IMG/VR virus record: IMGVR_UViG_3300029784_000200
From: a virus
Strand: one strand, 5' to 3'
Length of the DNA: 64,000 nucleotides
The notes beneath the pieces are model-generated. The model was not told where the DNA came from. It was given only the letters and a program-made list of their open reading frames with translations, and did no database searches. A program made the position numbers and the translations under genes. Below are positions 1 through 9,357 of this stretch, one piece after another; the stretch's first letter is position 1; each line of letters begins with the position of its first letter.

Positions 1-708
1 CGGGTAGTGATCGCTGTCATCGCCCTCAATTCCCTTTAAATCCGGGATTTGAGCTGGTGTTACTCCCTTGTCGGCAATTACTGCAGCTTCCGTATATTCC
101 AGATAATTCTTCAGCCATGGACATATTTCCGTGGTAAAATCCTTTCCGCGGTATAAGTCAAACATCGGTCCCTTTTCTTCCAGATCTTTTGGCGTTGGCA
201 AAAACCAGACGCGCACATCACATGCATCATCCACTAACTGCAGATAATCTTTATCTTTCGTTACGATACGGACCGTCATGTCGTTTTTATGGATATTTGC
301 CAGAGTGCCAGCCAGATCATCCGCTTCATACGTGTCACTGAGTAGCACTGGAATGCCCACATCCTGCAACAAATTCTGCATGGTCACAAACTGTTGCTTT
401 AGCGGCAGCGGAGTCGCCTCCCTCTGCGCTTTGTATTGCGCGAACATTCCGCGGCGGAACGTATTTCTCGTTTTATCAAAAGCCACAGCCAGATAATCCG
501 GGCGCCAGCCATCGATCAGTCCGTTCATCTGACGCACCATTCCATAAATCGCATTGGTGTAAGTTCCATCAGGTGCGTGCAGGATCTTATGAAAATACTT
601 TCCCTTTTCTTCTTCCGTTTTTGCAAACTTCACTTCATTTGGAAGCACGGCATAGTAAGCTGTACTAATCATAGCCGATCCATCAAGTATCAGTAATTTT
701 GGTCTCAT
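1..708 (-). CDS. 5'-3' exonuclease (Pol I N-terminal/FEN-like), partial; C-terminus runs off the window edge
   Basis: Minus-strand ORF with ATG at 706-708 preceded by GGAGAAAATTATC. N-terminus MRPKLLILDGSAMISTAYYA and an EADDLAGTLA motif are typical of the 5'-nuclease family. The + strand here only gives short ORFs. Confidence 0.75.
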   Translation of the reverse strand, partial: MRPKLLILDGSAMISTAYYAVLPNEVKFAKTEEEKGKYFHKILHAPDGTYTNAIYGMVRQMNGLIDGWRPDYLAVAFDKTRNTFRRGMFAQYKAQREATPLPLKQQFVTMQNLLQDVGIPVLLSDTYEADDLAGTLANIHKNDMTVRIVTKDKDYLQLVDDACDVRVWFLPTPKDLEEKGPMFDLYRGKDFTTEICPWLKNYLEYTEAAVIADKGVTPAQIPDLKGIEGDDSDHYP

Positions 709-745
709 GATAATTTTCTCCTTTGCTGTTAAACATAATCAGAAG

Positions 746-764
746 GGTGTTCCCCGGGAACACC
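746..764. promoter_or_regulatory. 19-bp perfect palindrome GGTGTTCCCCGGGAACACC (copy 1 of 7)
   Basis: Exact inverted repeat, intergenic, upstream of the exonuclease gene start. Confidence 0.6.
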
Positions 765-780
765 CCCATTGTTTTCTTAT

Positions 781-803
781 AAAAGCGTCTTGCAGACGTT
801 TTT
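781..803 (-). terminator. Rho-independent terminator hairpin (GCGTCTTGCAGACGC) for gene 802-1116
   Basis: Stem-loop with T-tract on the minus strand, immediately 3' of the stop at 802-804. Confidence 0.6.
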
Positions 804-1116
804 ACAATTTCTCCACGAAAATCCGATATCCGTGGTATGCATAGCCGTCAGCTTCACCGCATCCTTCTGCATCCAAAATCGATGCGACAAAATTCTCCAA
901 CTCATCATAATCAAATTGCAGATATTTTGCAAAACTCGCACTAATGAATCCGATCGCGCTGGAATGTTTTTTTCTCGCAAAGCACTCCATAGGAAAAATC
1001 TCATCTTCCGTCAGATGATCCAGGATTCGTCGAATATCCGTTTTCGTCATGCACGCGTTTTCTGCCACTTCCACCAGATACATATCCACTACCTTTTCTT
1101 TTCGTTCATTTTCCAT
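802..1116 (-). CDS. hypothetical protein (104 aa)
   Basis: ORF with RBS AAAGGAGTAAAAAATG; terminator hairpin downstream; upstream CATACTGAAAG element and palindrome. Confidence 0.5.
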   Translation of the reverse strand: MENERKEKVVDMYLVEVAENACMTKTDIRRILDHLTEDEIFPMECFARKKHSSAIGFISASFAKYLQFDYDELENFVASILDAEGCGEADGYAYHGYRIFVEKL

Positions 1117-1226
1117 TTTTTACTCCTTTCGCAATGCCTTATCAATAACAACACTTTCAGTATGGCTCGCTTAAGTGACGATCCCAGTCAGTTTTTACAC
1201 ATCGGTTGCTCCGAGGCAGATAAGGG

Positions 1227-1245
1227 GGTGTTCCCGGAGAACACC
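1227..1245. promoter_or_regulatory. near-palindrome GGTGTTCCCGGAGAACACC (copy 2 of 7, imperfect centre)
   Basis: Sequence match to the GGTGTTCCCCGGGAACACC family, about 55 nt upstream of the CATACTGA element of the minus-strand gene 802-1116. Confidence 0.5.
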
Positions 1246-1335
1246 CTAACCATCAAAAAATATATCTTTTTTACCATCCCTGCGTCTCCATACTGACACT
1301 GAATCAAATGAAAAAAGAAATGGAGGTAAGAAAAA

Positions 1336-1665
1336 ATGAAACAGAAAAAAATCAACAGCCAGTTACAGTCTTATGTAACTGAAAGATTACGCGAGTGCGG
1401 CATTGCGTACCAACTGGAAGAGTGCGGCGATTACAGCGTTATCACACTTAATGCGCCGTCAGCTCTCTGGGCGGAAATTGTGCAGGATGCAAAATATCAG
1501 CTTCAGGCAGAAAAAGGTCAGGATGATTCCTGTTATCTGCCGGTTGTATCGATCCGCACTTTCCGAAATAACAAGACTATGCGACATCTGCAGGATGTGT
1601 TCGCTACGCATTGTTTTTTTATCCGCGAAGAGCAGGCTGAAATTCTGCAGTATTTGTACGCATAA
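1336..1665 (+). CDS. hypothetical protein (109 aa)
   Basis: ORF with RBS AATGGAGGTAAGAAAAAATG. Confidence 0.5.
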   Translation: MKQKKINSQLQSYVTERLRECGIAYQLEECGDYSVITLNAPSALWAEIVQDAKYQLQAEKGQDDSCYLPVVSIRTFRNNKTMRHLQDVFATHCFFIREEQAEILQYLYA

Positions 1666-1696
1666 TCGCAAAGTAATAAGAGAGGAGATTGTCGAA

Positions 1697-2152
1697 ATGA
1701 CAAAGAAGATAATTACAGAAGAACAAGTGATCAATCACATCCGGACCCATATGGATATCTGGTGTAAAAGTTATGGAAGCCATGTGTTGGCAAAGCATGT
1801 CAATATCCCGGAAAAGACCCTGCTAAGCCGCATAGGCACAACGGAAAATAATCATTTTATTAAAAGCGTCTCGTCGTTTTATGACGAGACAGATGGGCAG
1901 CAGATCATGGATCTGCTTCAAAGAGCGTTGGAGAGTGAAGCGCAGTACATCGCGAAATGGTGTAATTACAGCAAACGCGCATGGCTCGGCTTGAATTTTT
2001 ACGGGTTGCCAGATGGTATTACCGCCAAAGCATGCCGATATGACGCACTCAACAAGGTCTTCCCGGTAAGCCGGTTTGTCATTTTCCTATCCAAGCGGGA
2101 ACAGTACCCGTTTTACTTGGAAAATGCATACCCGGTATTTGATCAAGATTAA
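1697..2152 (+). CDS. hypothetical protein (151 aa)
   Basis: In-frame ATG at 1697 after RBS AGAGGAGATTGTCGAAATG. The longer track ORF 1403-2152 overlaps the upstream gene. Confidence 0.5.
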   Translation: MTKKIITEEQVINHIRTHMDIWCKSYGSHVLAKHVNIPEKTLLSRIGTTENNHFIKSVSSFYDETDGQQIMDLLQRALESEAQYIAKWCNYSKRAWLGLNFYGLPDGITAKACRYDALNKVFPVSRFVIFLSKREQYPFYLENAYPVFDQD

Positions 2153-2170
2153 CCGCACAGACAAATATAA

Positions 2171-2204
2171 CAGAAGGCCGGAAATATTTCCGACCTTCTT
2201 TTTC
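2171..2204. terminator. bidirectional terminator hairpin
   Basis: GAAGGCCGG...CCGACCTTC stem followed by a T-tract, between convergent genes. Confidence 0.55.
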
Positions 2205-2356
2205 TTATGATTTTGTTTTGTGTTTCTGGCTCACAGCCCATTCTGCAAATCCCTCCGCTGTCTTATCAGCGTCCTTTTTATCTTTTGCTCCGTAGATCTC
2301 TAAATCCAGTTCCTCATAATCAAATGTATTATCAAAAGTCTCAGGCATACGCTTCA
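2205..2356 (-). CDS. small hypothetical protein (~50 aa, MKRMPETFDNTFDYEELDLEIYGAK...)
   Basis: Minus-strand ATG at 2354-2356 with strong RBS AAGGAGGGGTTCAT. Below the 60-aa track cutoff; the + ORF 2207-2449 has no RBS. Confidence 0.3.
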
Positions 2357-2504
2357 TATGAACCCCTCCTTGATGATTGTATTGCGATCGTTTTTCCTTC
2401 TAAAGATATTATACGAAATTTTTTGCAAAAATCCAACGTAAGAAAATAATTTTCCTATTTTTTGTCCCCAATGACGGGGAAAGACAAATTACGAAAAAGC
2501 GTCT

Positions 2505-4130
2505 TCAAGACGCTTTTTCTTCGGCATCCACATAGGACGCCATCATCATGCCCATTAACACGATCACGATTGCCTGTGTGATTGGAACGGAGATATTAAC
2601 GAAGGAAGCAGCAAAATACGCTAAAATCCCGACCGCGCATGCAGATGATATCCCGCTTTTACCAGAGTGCAACACTCGCGCGCAACACGAGAATACCCAG
2701 ATAAAGAGAGCGCAGCATCCAAGTAAACCGGCCGTAACCAGGTATTGCAAAAATTCATTATGTGGAGAGTCAAAGAACACCCCGGTGGACCGGATCATGT
2801 CTTCGTATCTGGTAGACCGCATCAGATTGCCAAATGTTTCCAGACCGGTTCCAAAACACTTTTGAAGCCAGCTCAAATGCCTGTATTCTTCCAAAGCCGC
2901 ACGCCAGATATAACCACGATGTGCGCCCCAGGCATCTGTCATGATAAAATACCGTCCAATCATCGGTACAGAACTAAAATCCCTGCCGACAAACGCCATG
3001 GCAATCAGTCCCGCACAGGCCAGCCCCAAGCAGATAATCAGGCAATAGAAAGTTCGAATGCATAAGGGTCCGTATTTCCATGAACCATCTTCATGCCGGC
3101 TTGCCATGTATATCAAAAACGTCAGGATAAGTAACATTGGAAGAGAATAATACACATGAAACTGACTAAGGTTTAGCAGAATACTGCCACTCACATCCAC
3201 CGGAAGATCCGGACACGCTGACAAGGAAAGCCCGGAGCAGGATAGCGCCACGATCACGCATTCCAGCAACATGCAATATGCCTGCAATCCGCCGGATGTA
3301 CGCCATGACCAATATGGCAAAACCAGGAACAACATCATAAGTCCCAATGCCGCATTATCCGATCTGCCATAAATCAATGCAAGCACGGAAACAAAAAAAA
3401 CGGCTGGGTACAGGATCCTGGAGCGCGTATTATGACAGAATCTTGTACCATCCGCGCCCTTACGCGGCATTGTCCCGATAAAAACAGTCATTCCGGCCGA
3501 TACACCTGCGACCAATAAAATGGCAGCGGTATAAGTATTGATGTTTCCGTAGGAAGAAGAAAACATGGTTTGCTGTTCCGGTTTTACACGGCCAAGCCAG
3601 CCGAAGATATCCATACCGAAAAAATCCGTAATTCCCCATACCGAAGAAATAACACCGCCCAATAAAAACAGATGGATCGGAACCAGATTCATGTGCCAAA
3701 ACCGGCTGATACAAAAATACGTAATCCCATACAGGATCCACATAAGAAGTCCCTGGTATCTGCCATCCGTCCCCAAAAAGACGGCTTTCACATTCCCCGA
3801 TAAAACCATTCCCACAGTGGCACTGCAAAGAAAGATCAGTAACAGCCAGTCCGTTTTCATCAGCCGGCATCTTTGCCGGATCACGCCGCGTTCCTCCCTT
3901 GGGATGTGGCATAAAAGCGTAAGCAGGAGTCCGGATAAATAAACGCCGGTCACGCACAGAAAGAAATTTCGCCGATCCCGTAGAATATGAAAGTAGCAAT
4001 TTGTACTGTAAAACGGGAATACCAGCAACATCAAAAATAAATACACCTGTGTGATCCGGTGCAGGCTGCGCAGATAAATGTCATGCGCCAGATCACGGTC
4101 CTGAAATAAAAAATTATTCAATGTCTTCAT
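2505..4130 (-). CDS. polytopic integral membrane protein (O-antigen ligase/polymerase-like, 541 aa)
   Basis: Many hydrophobic helices; RBS AAGGAGGTCATCATG; promoter box plus CATACTGA upstream at 4147-4202. Confidence 0.55.
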   Translation of the reverse strand: MKTLNNFLFQDRDLAHDIYLRSLHRITQVYLFLMLLVFPFYSTNCYFHILRDRRNFFLCVTGVYLSGLLLTLLCHIPREERGVIRQRCRLMKTDWLLLIFLCSATVGMVLSGNVKAVFLGTDGRYQGLLMWILYGITYFCISRFWHMNLVPIHLFLLGGVISSVWGITDFFGMDIFGWLGRVKPEQQTMFSSSYGNINTYTAAILLVAGVSAGMTVFIGTMPRKGADGTRFCHNTRSRILYPAVFFVSVLALIYGRSDNAALGLMMLFLVLPYWSWRTSGGLQAYCMLLECVIVALSCSGLSLSACPDLPVDVSGSILLNLSQFHVYYSLPMLLILTFLIYMASRHEDGSWKYGPLCIRTFYCLIICLGLACAGLIAMAFVGRDFSSVPMIGRYFIMTDAWGAHRGYIWRAALEEYRHLSWLQKCFGTGLETFGNLMRSTRYEDMIRSTGVFFDSPHNEFLQYLVTAGLLGCCALFIWVFSCCARVLHSGKSGISSACAVGILAYFAASFVNISVPITQAIVIVLMGMMMASYVDAEEKAS

Positions 4131-4146
4131 GATGACCTCCTTACTT

Positions 4147-4202
4147 TCAGTATGTCACATAGTATACGAGGTCACTTTTTGCGGATAACACTTTTTGGTC
4201 AA
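4147..4202 (-). promoter_or_regulatory. element promoter: box CCAAAAAGTGTTATCCGCAAAAA - N21 - CATACTGA (copy 1)
   Basis: Reverse complement of 4176-4198 is the 23-bp box; TCAGTATG at 4147-4154 is the reverse complement of CATACTGA. Confidence 0.6.
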
Positions 4203-4356
4203 AAGTACGCAAAATTTGCAATCCATCCTCTAATATAATTGCCAGATTTTTTTCTCCAGCGCCTAACGGTCGCCAGCTTGATTTTTATGTTATTTTGAAG
4301 TAACGGTATTTCCATACTGGAAGAGTAAAAGTAAGGAAAAGGAAAGGAGAAAAACG

Positions 4357-4665
4357 ATGAAAAATGATACGCTTATTAAGTGGGGGGATGAACAGTACAG
4401 CTACCCCAACCAGATCGGTGCGATCAAAAGATCGTACCGCTATCTGGTCGGGAGCGGAACCGGCCTGACCGGATTTATCAGGGAATTAGAAGCGATCCCT
4501 GATGTCCGGTATAAGCCTGGACCAAGGGCCAGCTGTGTGCTGTACCGTCCCGAGGCAGTGTTTGGCTTATTCCAGTCAAATGCTGCAACGGCAAATGTGC
4601 TCGCAGCGCGCCGCATCAGGAGTTTGGAAGAGTTAGTATTCCGAATGGAAAATTCGGAATGCTGA
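4357..4665 (+). CDS. hypothetical protein (102 aa)
   Basis: RBS GGAAAGGAGAAAAACGATG; CCATACTGG element about 40 nt upstream. Confidence 0.5.
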   Translation: MKNDTLIKWGDEQYSYPNQIGAIKRSYRYLVGSGTGLTGFIRELEAIPDVRYKPGPRASCVLYRPEAVFGLFQSNAATANVLAARRIRSLEELVFRMENSEC

Positions 4666-4688
4666 CCTTAACCCACCCCATTAAAAAC

Positions 4689-4782
4689 CGCAGGCAGATG
4701 GATAACTTGCTTCCATCTGCCCGCAAACAAAAAACATTTTTCATAACCGGCGGATAACTTGCTTCCGCCGGTTTTTTGTCGC
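4689..4782. terminator. pair of terminator hairpins sharing the loop GGATAACTTGCTTCC
   Basis: GCAGGCAGATGGATAACTTGCTTCCATCTGCCCGC and CCGGCGGATAACTTGCTTCCGCCGGTTTTTT, between convergent genes. Confidence 0.6.
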
Positions 4783-4793
4783 CTTTTTTAGGA

Positions 4794-6152
4794 TTATTCA
4801 CGTTCCGGCTCGTCCGCTTCGCGGTTTTCTGCCGCTTCGCCGGTATGAATCTCGTCCATCTGATACTTTTCATACAGATGCTCCATGCGAAGCTCGTAAG
4901 CCAGCGTATTTTCCTCAATACCATTTTCACGACATTCTTCTTTCAATGCTTCCAGTTCTCTCATGAACTGTTCGTTCAGTGCGATGGCATTCTCGGCGAT
5001 CGCACGCTGTTCCGCCTTTTTGTGTCTGCTGCTATATACAGATTCCAACCCGTTAAAGAACGTATCCATGTCACGGATACCGGAATGCTCCGGATCTACC
5101 GAGAATACGGACATCAGCGCTTCCTTAGACAGTCCGCAATCCCGTCCGAGGCTATACACCTGCATGATGCTTTCCATGTATTCCTTTTTGTAAGCCTTCT
5201 CCTCCAGCGCAGCAGCCTTCTCAATCTGTTTGGATGCCTTAATCTGCTCTGCGTTCACCCCCATGCTTAAAACATTGATCGCCTCCGTGATCACAGAAGG
5301 GTAAACCTCGCCATTAAATTCCGCATAGCCATTTTTAAAGGATTCAAATTCTTTTTTATTTGTTTCATCTGACGCCATTTTTCTGGAATGCTCAAAAAAG
5401 TCCGGATCGTTTAAGTAAACCTCTACGATTTTTCTCGCATTAGGAGCTGCGATCCCGTTTCCACGCAATAACTGATAGCAGTTTAAGAGGAGCGTATCGG
5501 CTTTCTCGGACACGCTGTGCAGGTTTTCTGTTTTCTTGCTGCGGATATCCGCATCGATCATACCGCGGTCCGTATTCAGCGCCTGGAAGGCCGAACCCGC
5601 TGCGGCCAAATTACCATGACTGATTTTTTCCAGATACGGAGTAATGCTGCGGCGGAATCCGTCACGATACGTAAAGACTTTATCCGTTCCCACCACGCCT
5701 GCGTTCTCCAGGCCTGTTCCTTCATCTTTTGCCGCCAGCTCCATATTTGCTGCTGTGCGCGCAAAAAGCGGCAACCCGTCATTGATATAATCTTCATAGT
5801 CGGATTCCACTTCATCTGCGAAGGTGCCGCAGTAATGTTCATCATAGTCTTCCGGTTCTACCCCATAATCCTCCTTCAGCCATTGCTTGAACGTCTTTTT
5901 TGCTGCCAGGTCAGGCACAGCAAACCCAGATGCGACGATCTCTGTTTCGTCCTGGTCAACCCATGACATTTCCCATTCGCCGGTCACCTGATTGCGCCGG
6001 TACAACGCCAGGTCATGGTTTACCTCCCAGCCGCTGCTTGCGACATATTCCCCTGTTTCATCATCATGTCCGAACCAGTATCCAGGCTGCAGTGTAAATC
6101 CGTGATAATCCGTATATGACGCAGCGCTGCGATTCTGTTTTAAAATAATCAT
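4794..6152 (-). CDS. hypothetical protein (452 aa, acidic, no recognisable domain)
   Basis: Long ORF with coding-like composition. Confidence 0.55.
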   Translation of the reverse strand: MIILKQNRSAASYTDYHGFTLQPGYWFGHDDETGEYVASSGWEVNHDLALYRRNQVTGEWEMSWVDQDETEIVASGFAVPDLAAKKTFKQWLKEDYGVEPEDYDEHYCGTFADEVESDYEDYINDGLPLFARTAANMELAAKDEGTGLENAGVVGTDKVFTYRDGFRRSITPYLEKISHGNLAAAGSAFQALNTDRGMIDADIRSKKTENLHSVSEKADTLLLNCYQLLRGNGIAAPNARKIVEVYLNDPDFFEHSRKMASDETNKKEFESFKNGYAEFNGEVYPSVITEAINVLSMGVNAEQIKASKQIEKAAALEEKAYKKEYMESIMQVYSLGRDCGLSKEALMSVFSVDPEHSGIRDMDTFFNGLESVYSSRHKKAEQRAIAENAIALNEQFMRELEALKEECRENGIEENTLAYELRMEHLYEKYQMDEIHTGEAAENREADEPERE

Positions 6153-6266
6153 AAATATCTCCCTTCCCGGCTACGCCGTGTGTATTTTCTTTTTTTGCAT
6201 GTCAATATCAGTATGTAATATTTTCCCGAACCTTACATCAGATTTTTGGCGAAATTTGCACGGATC

Positions 6267-6282
6267 AGTTTCACGTGAAACA
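6267..6282. promoter_or_regulatory. parS-like centromere site AGTTTCACGTGAAACA
   Basis: 15/16 match to the canonical ParB parS TGTTTCACGTGAAACA; perfect 14-bp palindrome; 180 bp upstream of parA. Confidence 0.6.
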
Positions 6283-6384
6283 AAACGGCAAATATAAAGA
6301 AGCATTTTATCAAACGATAAATTATGCACTTCCCGCAAGCCCGCATCGGCATACGCCATTGCTTCGGAAACCCTTTATATAAAT

Positions 6385-6399
6385 GCGTCTTCCAGACGG
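6385..6399. other. hairpin GCGTCTTCCAGACGG (third copy of the GCGTCTT..AGACG hairpin family)
   Basis: Same stem sequence as the terminators at 781-803 and 2495-2518. Confidence 0.4.
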
Positions 6400-6464
6400 T
6401 TTTACAGGAATTGCCGTTTACAAAACGATAAATACTTCTTATAATATATGGTACATAAAGAAAA

Positions 6465-7649
6465 ATGGAGGCAGTCATGAAGAAGCGTTTACCAACTGAC
6501 CACATTATTACGATCATCAACCAAAAAGGCGGGGTCGGGAAAACATCAAGCTGTACCCTGATGGCAACGCTGCTTGGATTAGCAGGTTACCAATGCCTTG
6601 TGATCGACAACGATTCCCAGGCAAATACCACGGCAACATTGTTGCCAGACATTGCGTCTGTCACTAAAAGCATTGTTGATATTTTTAGGATGAATACGCC
6701 AACAGCGGAAGAAGTAGCCGCCTGTATCTACCATACCCCATACCAGGGAGTTGATCTGATTCCATCCAGACCAGAACATCAAAGAACGGATGATTATTTA
6801 TATTCCCTCCTCGGACGTAAGGCGATCCACAAATTATTAAAACGGGCCATTAAACAAGTGGAAGAACACTATGATTACATTCTGATTGACACACATCCGG
6901 ATCTTGGCGGCTCTGTGCAGAATGCACTCTGCTGCAGTGATTACGTCTTGATTCCGGTAAAGCCGGACGGCTATTCTTACCAGGGCGTTACCCCCATTAT
7001 CAACCAGGTTCTGGATATCGCATCAGATGAAGATTTAAACCCCGATTTGGAACTGCTGGGTGTTTTTTTGACCTGTGCAGAGCCCAGAAATGCCGCGTAC
7101 CGCAAATTTTACTCCTATTACCAGAATACATTTGGGGACGATTTTATCCCCGTGAGCGTCCGTCTGGACCGCTCTGTATCTGCCGTATGCAATTTCTTAA
7201 TCCCACTACCATACCTGCTTGGATCATCCGATTACCAGGCTGGCGGTTCCTGGAAGGCAATCTACGACTATATCGAACTGATGAAATCTACGGAGATCAT
7301 AGGAGATGAAGACTATCTTGTATTGAGAGCGACCTTTGAGATTCTGGAACGGAATTTGGCGGTGCACATACCGTCCGGTGCATACGATAACCCGTACATA
7401 GCCCACATCACGCCGATATCAGGTTTAAGCGATACATGCGCCCCGTACGAAAATCACCCATACATGGAGTATTCAGCTATGCTGGATATCTTAAATCAGC
7501 AACAAGAATTACGTGACCGCATTCAGCAGTGCCTGCTCACCGCAGGTGACGCGACCAGAAACATTCGGTACTGCTCAGAAGACAGTGCGTTAAGCGAAAA
7601 ATACTCGTTTGTAAGGATCGCCGCTTTGAAACCGGCACAGGAGGTATAG
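6465..7649 (+). CDS. parA: ParA-family partition ATPase (394 aa, with C-terminal extension)
   Basis: Deviant Walker A NQKGGVGKTS; RBS AAATGGAGGCAGTCATG; followed 2 bp later by parB. Confidence 0.85.
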   Translation: MEAVMKKRLPTDHIITIINQKGGVGKTSSCTLMATLLGLAGYQCLVIDNDSQANTTATLLPDIASVTKSIVDIFRMNTPTAEEVAACIYHTPYQGVDLIPSRPEHQRTDDYLYSLLGRKAIHKLLKRAIKQVEEHYDYILIDTHPDLGGSVQNALCCSDYVLIPVKPDGYSYQGVTPIINQVLDIASDEDLNPDLELLGVFLTCAEPRNAAYRKFYSYYQNTFGDDFIPVSVRLDRSVSAVCNFLIPLPYLLGSSDYQAGGSWKAIYDYIELMKSTEIIGDEDYLVLRATFEILERNLAVHIPSGAYDNPYIAHITPISGLSDTCAPYENHPYMEYSAMLDILNQQQELRDRIQQCLLTAGDATRNIRYCSEDSALSEKYSFVRIAALKPAQEV

Positions 7650-7651
7650 AC

Positions 7652-8881
7652 ATGGGAAAAATCAAAAACCAGTTCAATATGGATCGATTAAACGCGGTAT
7701 CCGGAGGTGCGATGCCTTCTGCAAAGCAAGCGTTATCAGAAAAGAAACAACTTGATCAGAAGAATGCTTACGAAATCCTCAACATTCCGGTAGATCAGTT
7801 GCAGCCCATGTCTTATAACCGGGAAGTATACGAAGTTGATGACCTGGACTTTCTTGGCGCCACAATCAGCCAGTACGGCCTGGCCCAACCTTTAGTCGTC
7901 CAGCGCCAGCCAGGAACCGACAAATATAACATTGTTGCCGGTGAGCGTCGATACCAGAGCTATTTAAAAAGCAAGGCTGACGGCAAAGCTGCCGGACTAT
8001 ATCCAAACGGGCTTCCATGTCATGTATACCCGGAAAATATGAGTCCGGTGGATATTAAGATCATGCTCTTGATTACCAACGCAACTTCCAGGGCGCGTAC
8101 CGCTGAAACGCAGAGAAAAGAATTACAAGAACTGGTCTCTCTGTTTAACGAAGCAGAAGCATCCGGAACTACAATTGGATTTTCTTTAAAGGAGCTGGCT
8201 AAAAATCATTTAAAGATTGCGGAACGCCAATATCAGCGCTACATGAGTGCACTGCGCGTCATTCCGGAATTAAAGCAGTTTACGGATGCATCCGATGTTA
8301 TTTTAGCCGCTGCCATCGGTTCCAAGCCAGAAGACGTGCAAAGGGAAATTTATGCATACATGCAGGAACAACATTGTTCCATCGAAGATGCACATGAAGC
8401 GGTCAATGAAGAGTACGGAGCTTACAGGCAGCAATTACAGGCACTTCGCAAACAGGTCCGCACCCTGCAGCATGAAAAACAGCAATGGCTTAGCCAAAGC
8501 CGTGCGCAGGATGCCACGACTCCTGGTAAAGCGGAGGAAGCGAAATTAAATCTGGCGCGATCCACAGAGAAACTGGAGAAAACCAGGAAAGAGTTGGATA
8601 AGCTACAAGCTAATGCCGGTAGGATTGTTCGTTCTGGTATGCAAAAGAAGCTACACAAAAAGGAACCTTCACATACGTTAACGCAACCCACATCCGCCGC
8701 AGAAACCCAGAGCTGTCTTTCCGTTAAGGATGCCATCCGCCAGATGAATGCCGGACTTAATTCGGTTGGATTGCAGATGAAAGCTTGTGACGAAGAATCC
8801 GTAGAACAACTGAAACTAATCCGTGATCGACTTGATAAGATCATCAACGTTATTGAACCTCAAAATCAATCGATTTTTTAA
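7652..8881 (+). CDS. parB: ParB-family partition protein (409 aa, coiled-coil C-terminal half)
   Basis: ParB N-terminal domain with the IVAGERRYQS box; adjacent to parA. Confidence 0.8.
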   Translation: MGKIKNQFNMDRLNAVSGGAMPSAKQALSEKKQLDQKNAYEILNIPVDQLQPMSYNREVYEVDDLDFLGATISQYGLAQPLVVQRQPGTDKYNIVAGERRYQSYLKSKADGKAAGLYPNGLPCHVYPENMSPVDIKIMLLITNATSRARTAETQRKELQELVSLFNEAEASGTTIGFSLKELAKNHLKIAERQYQRYMSALRVIPELKQFTDASDVILAAAIGSKPEDVQREIYAYMQEQHCSIEDAHEAVNEEYGAYRQQLQALRKQVRTLQHEKQQWLSQSRAQDATTPGKAEEAKLNLARSTEKLEKTRKELDKLQANAGRIVRSGMQKKLHKKEPSHTLTQPTSAAETQSCLSVKDAIRQMNAGLNSVGLQMKACDEESVEQLKLIRDRLDKIINVIEPQNQSIF

Positions 8882-8898
8882 TAATTTTTACTTTGACA

Positions 8899-8925
8899 GA
8901 GCCTTGATTTTTCAGGGCTCTTTTT
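8899..8925 (+). terminator. Rho-independent terminator after parB
   Basis: GAGCCTTGATTTTTCAGGGCTC followed by TTTTT. Confidence 0.65.
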
Positions 8926-8939
8926 ATATACTCACGCAA

Positions 8940-9350
8940 AATAAGAGCGAAGCTTATTTCTTGAAAGAAATAAAAGAGATGAAAGACATAAAAGAAATCA
9001 AAGACATGGCAGAATGAGTTTCCGAAACCTTGATGCCACAAAGGCTCCGGGGAACGGCTATGCAGGAAATCTTCTCGGAAACGGATAAAAAAATCATGCA
9101 ACGCATAAAAAAATATTGGATTGCAGATAATAAAATGAAAACGTGGAAAAAAGAAATAAAATGCAGATTTTTTTCCAAGTTATCCACAGGCGTGCGATGC
9201 ACGATAGGGAGATAAATGGACAAAAAACAGCCAGCGCATCACTGAAAAATGGTAGGAGTAGGTACGATGTTTGAAAAAAATGTTATTTGAAGGGATTAAG
9301 CATGAAAAGAAAACACGAGAAAAGCCCGCGGTAAGAAGCGCGGGTGATAC
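8940..9350. promoter_or_regulatory. AT-rich region with short AAAGANATAAAAGA repeats and a perfect DnaA box TTATCCACA (9177-9185); candidate origin/DUE
   Basis: Low-GC noncoding tract between parB and the rep gene with an exact DnaA-box consensus. Small track ORFs here lack RBS. Confidence 0.35.
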
Positions 9351-9357
9351 GAAGGGA

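Noticed and set aside
2207-2449. Plus-strand ORF 2207-2449 (80 aa)
   Set aside because: It has no RBS and overlaps a minus-strand small ORF with a strong RBS (2205-2356) and the terminator hairpin.
6171-6520. Minus-strand ORFs 6171-6359 and 6233-6520 upstream of parA
   Set aside because: This is an AT-rich promoter/parS region. There is no RBS, and they overlap the parA start.
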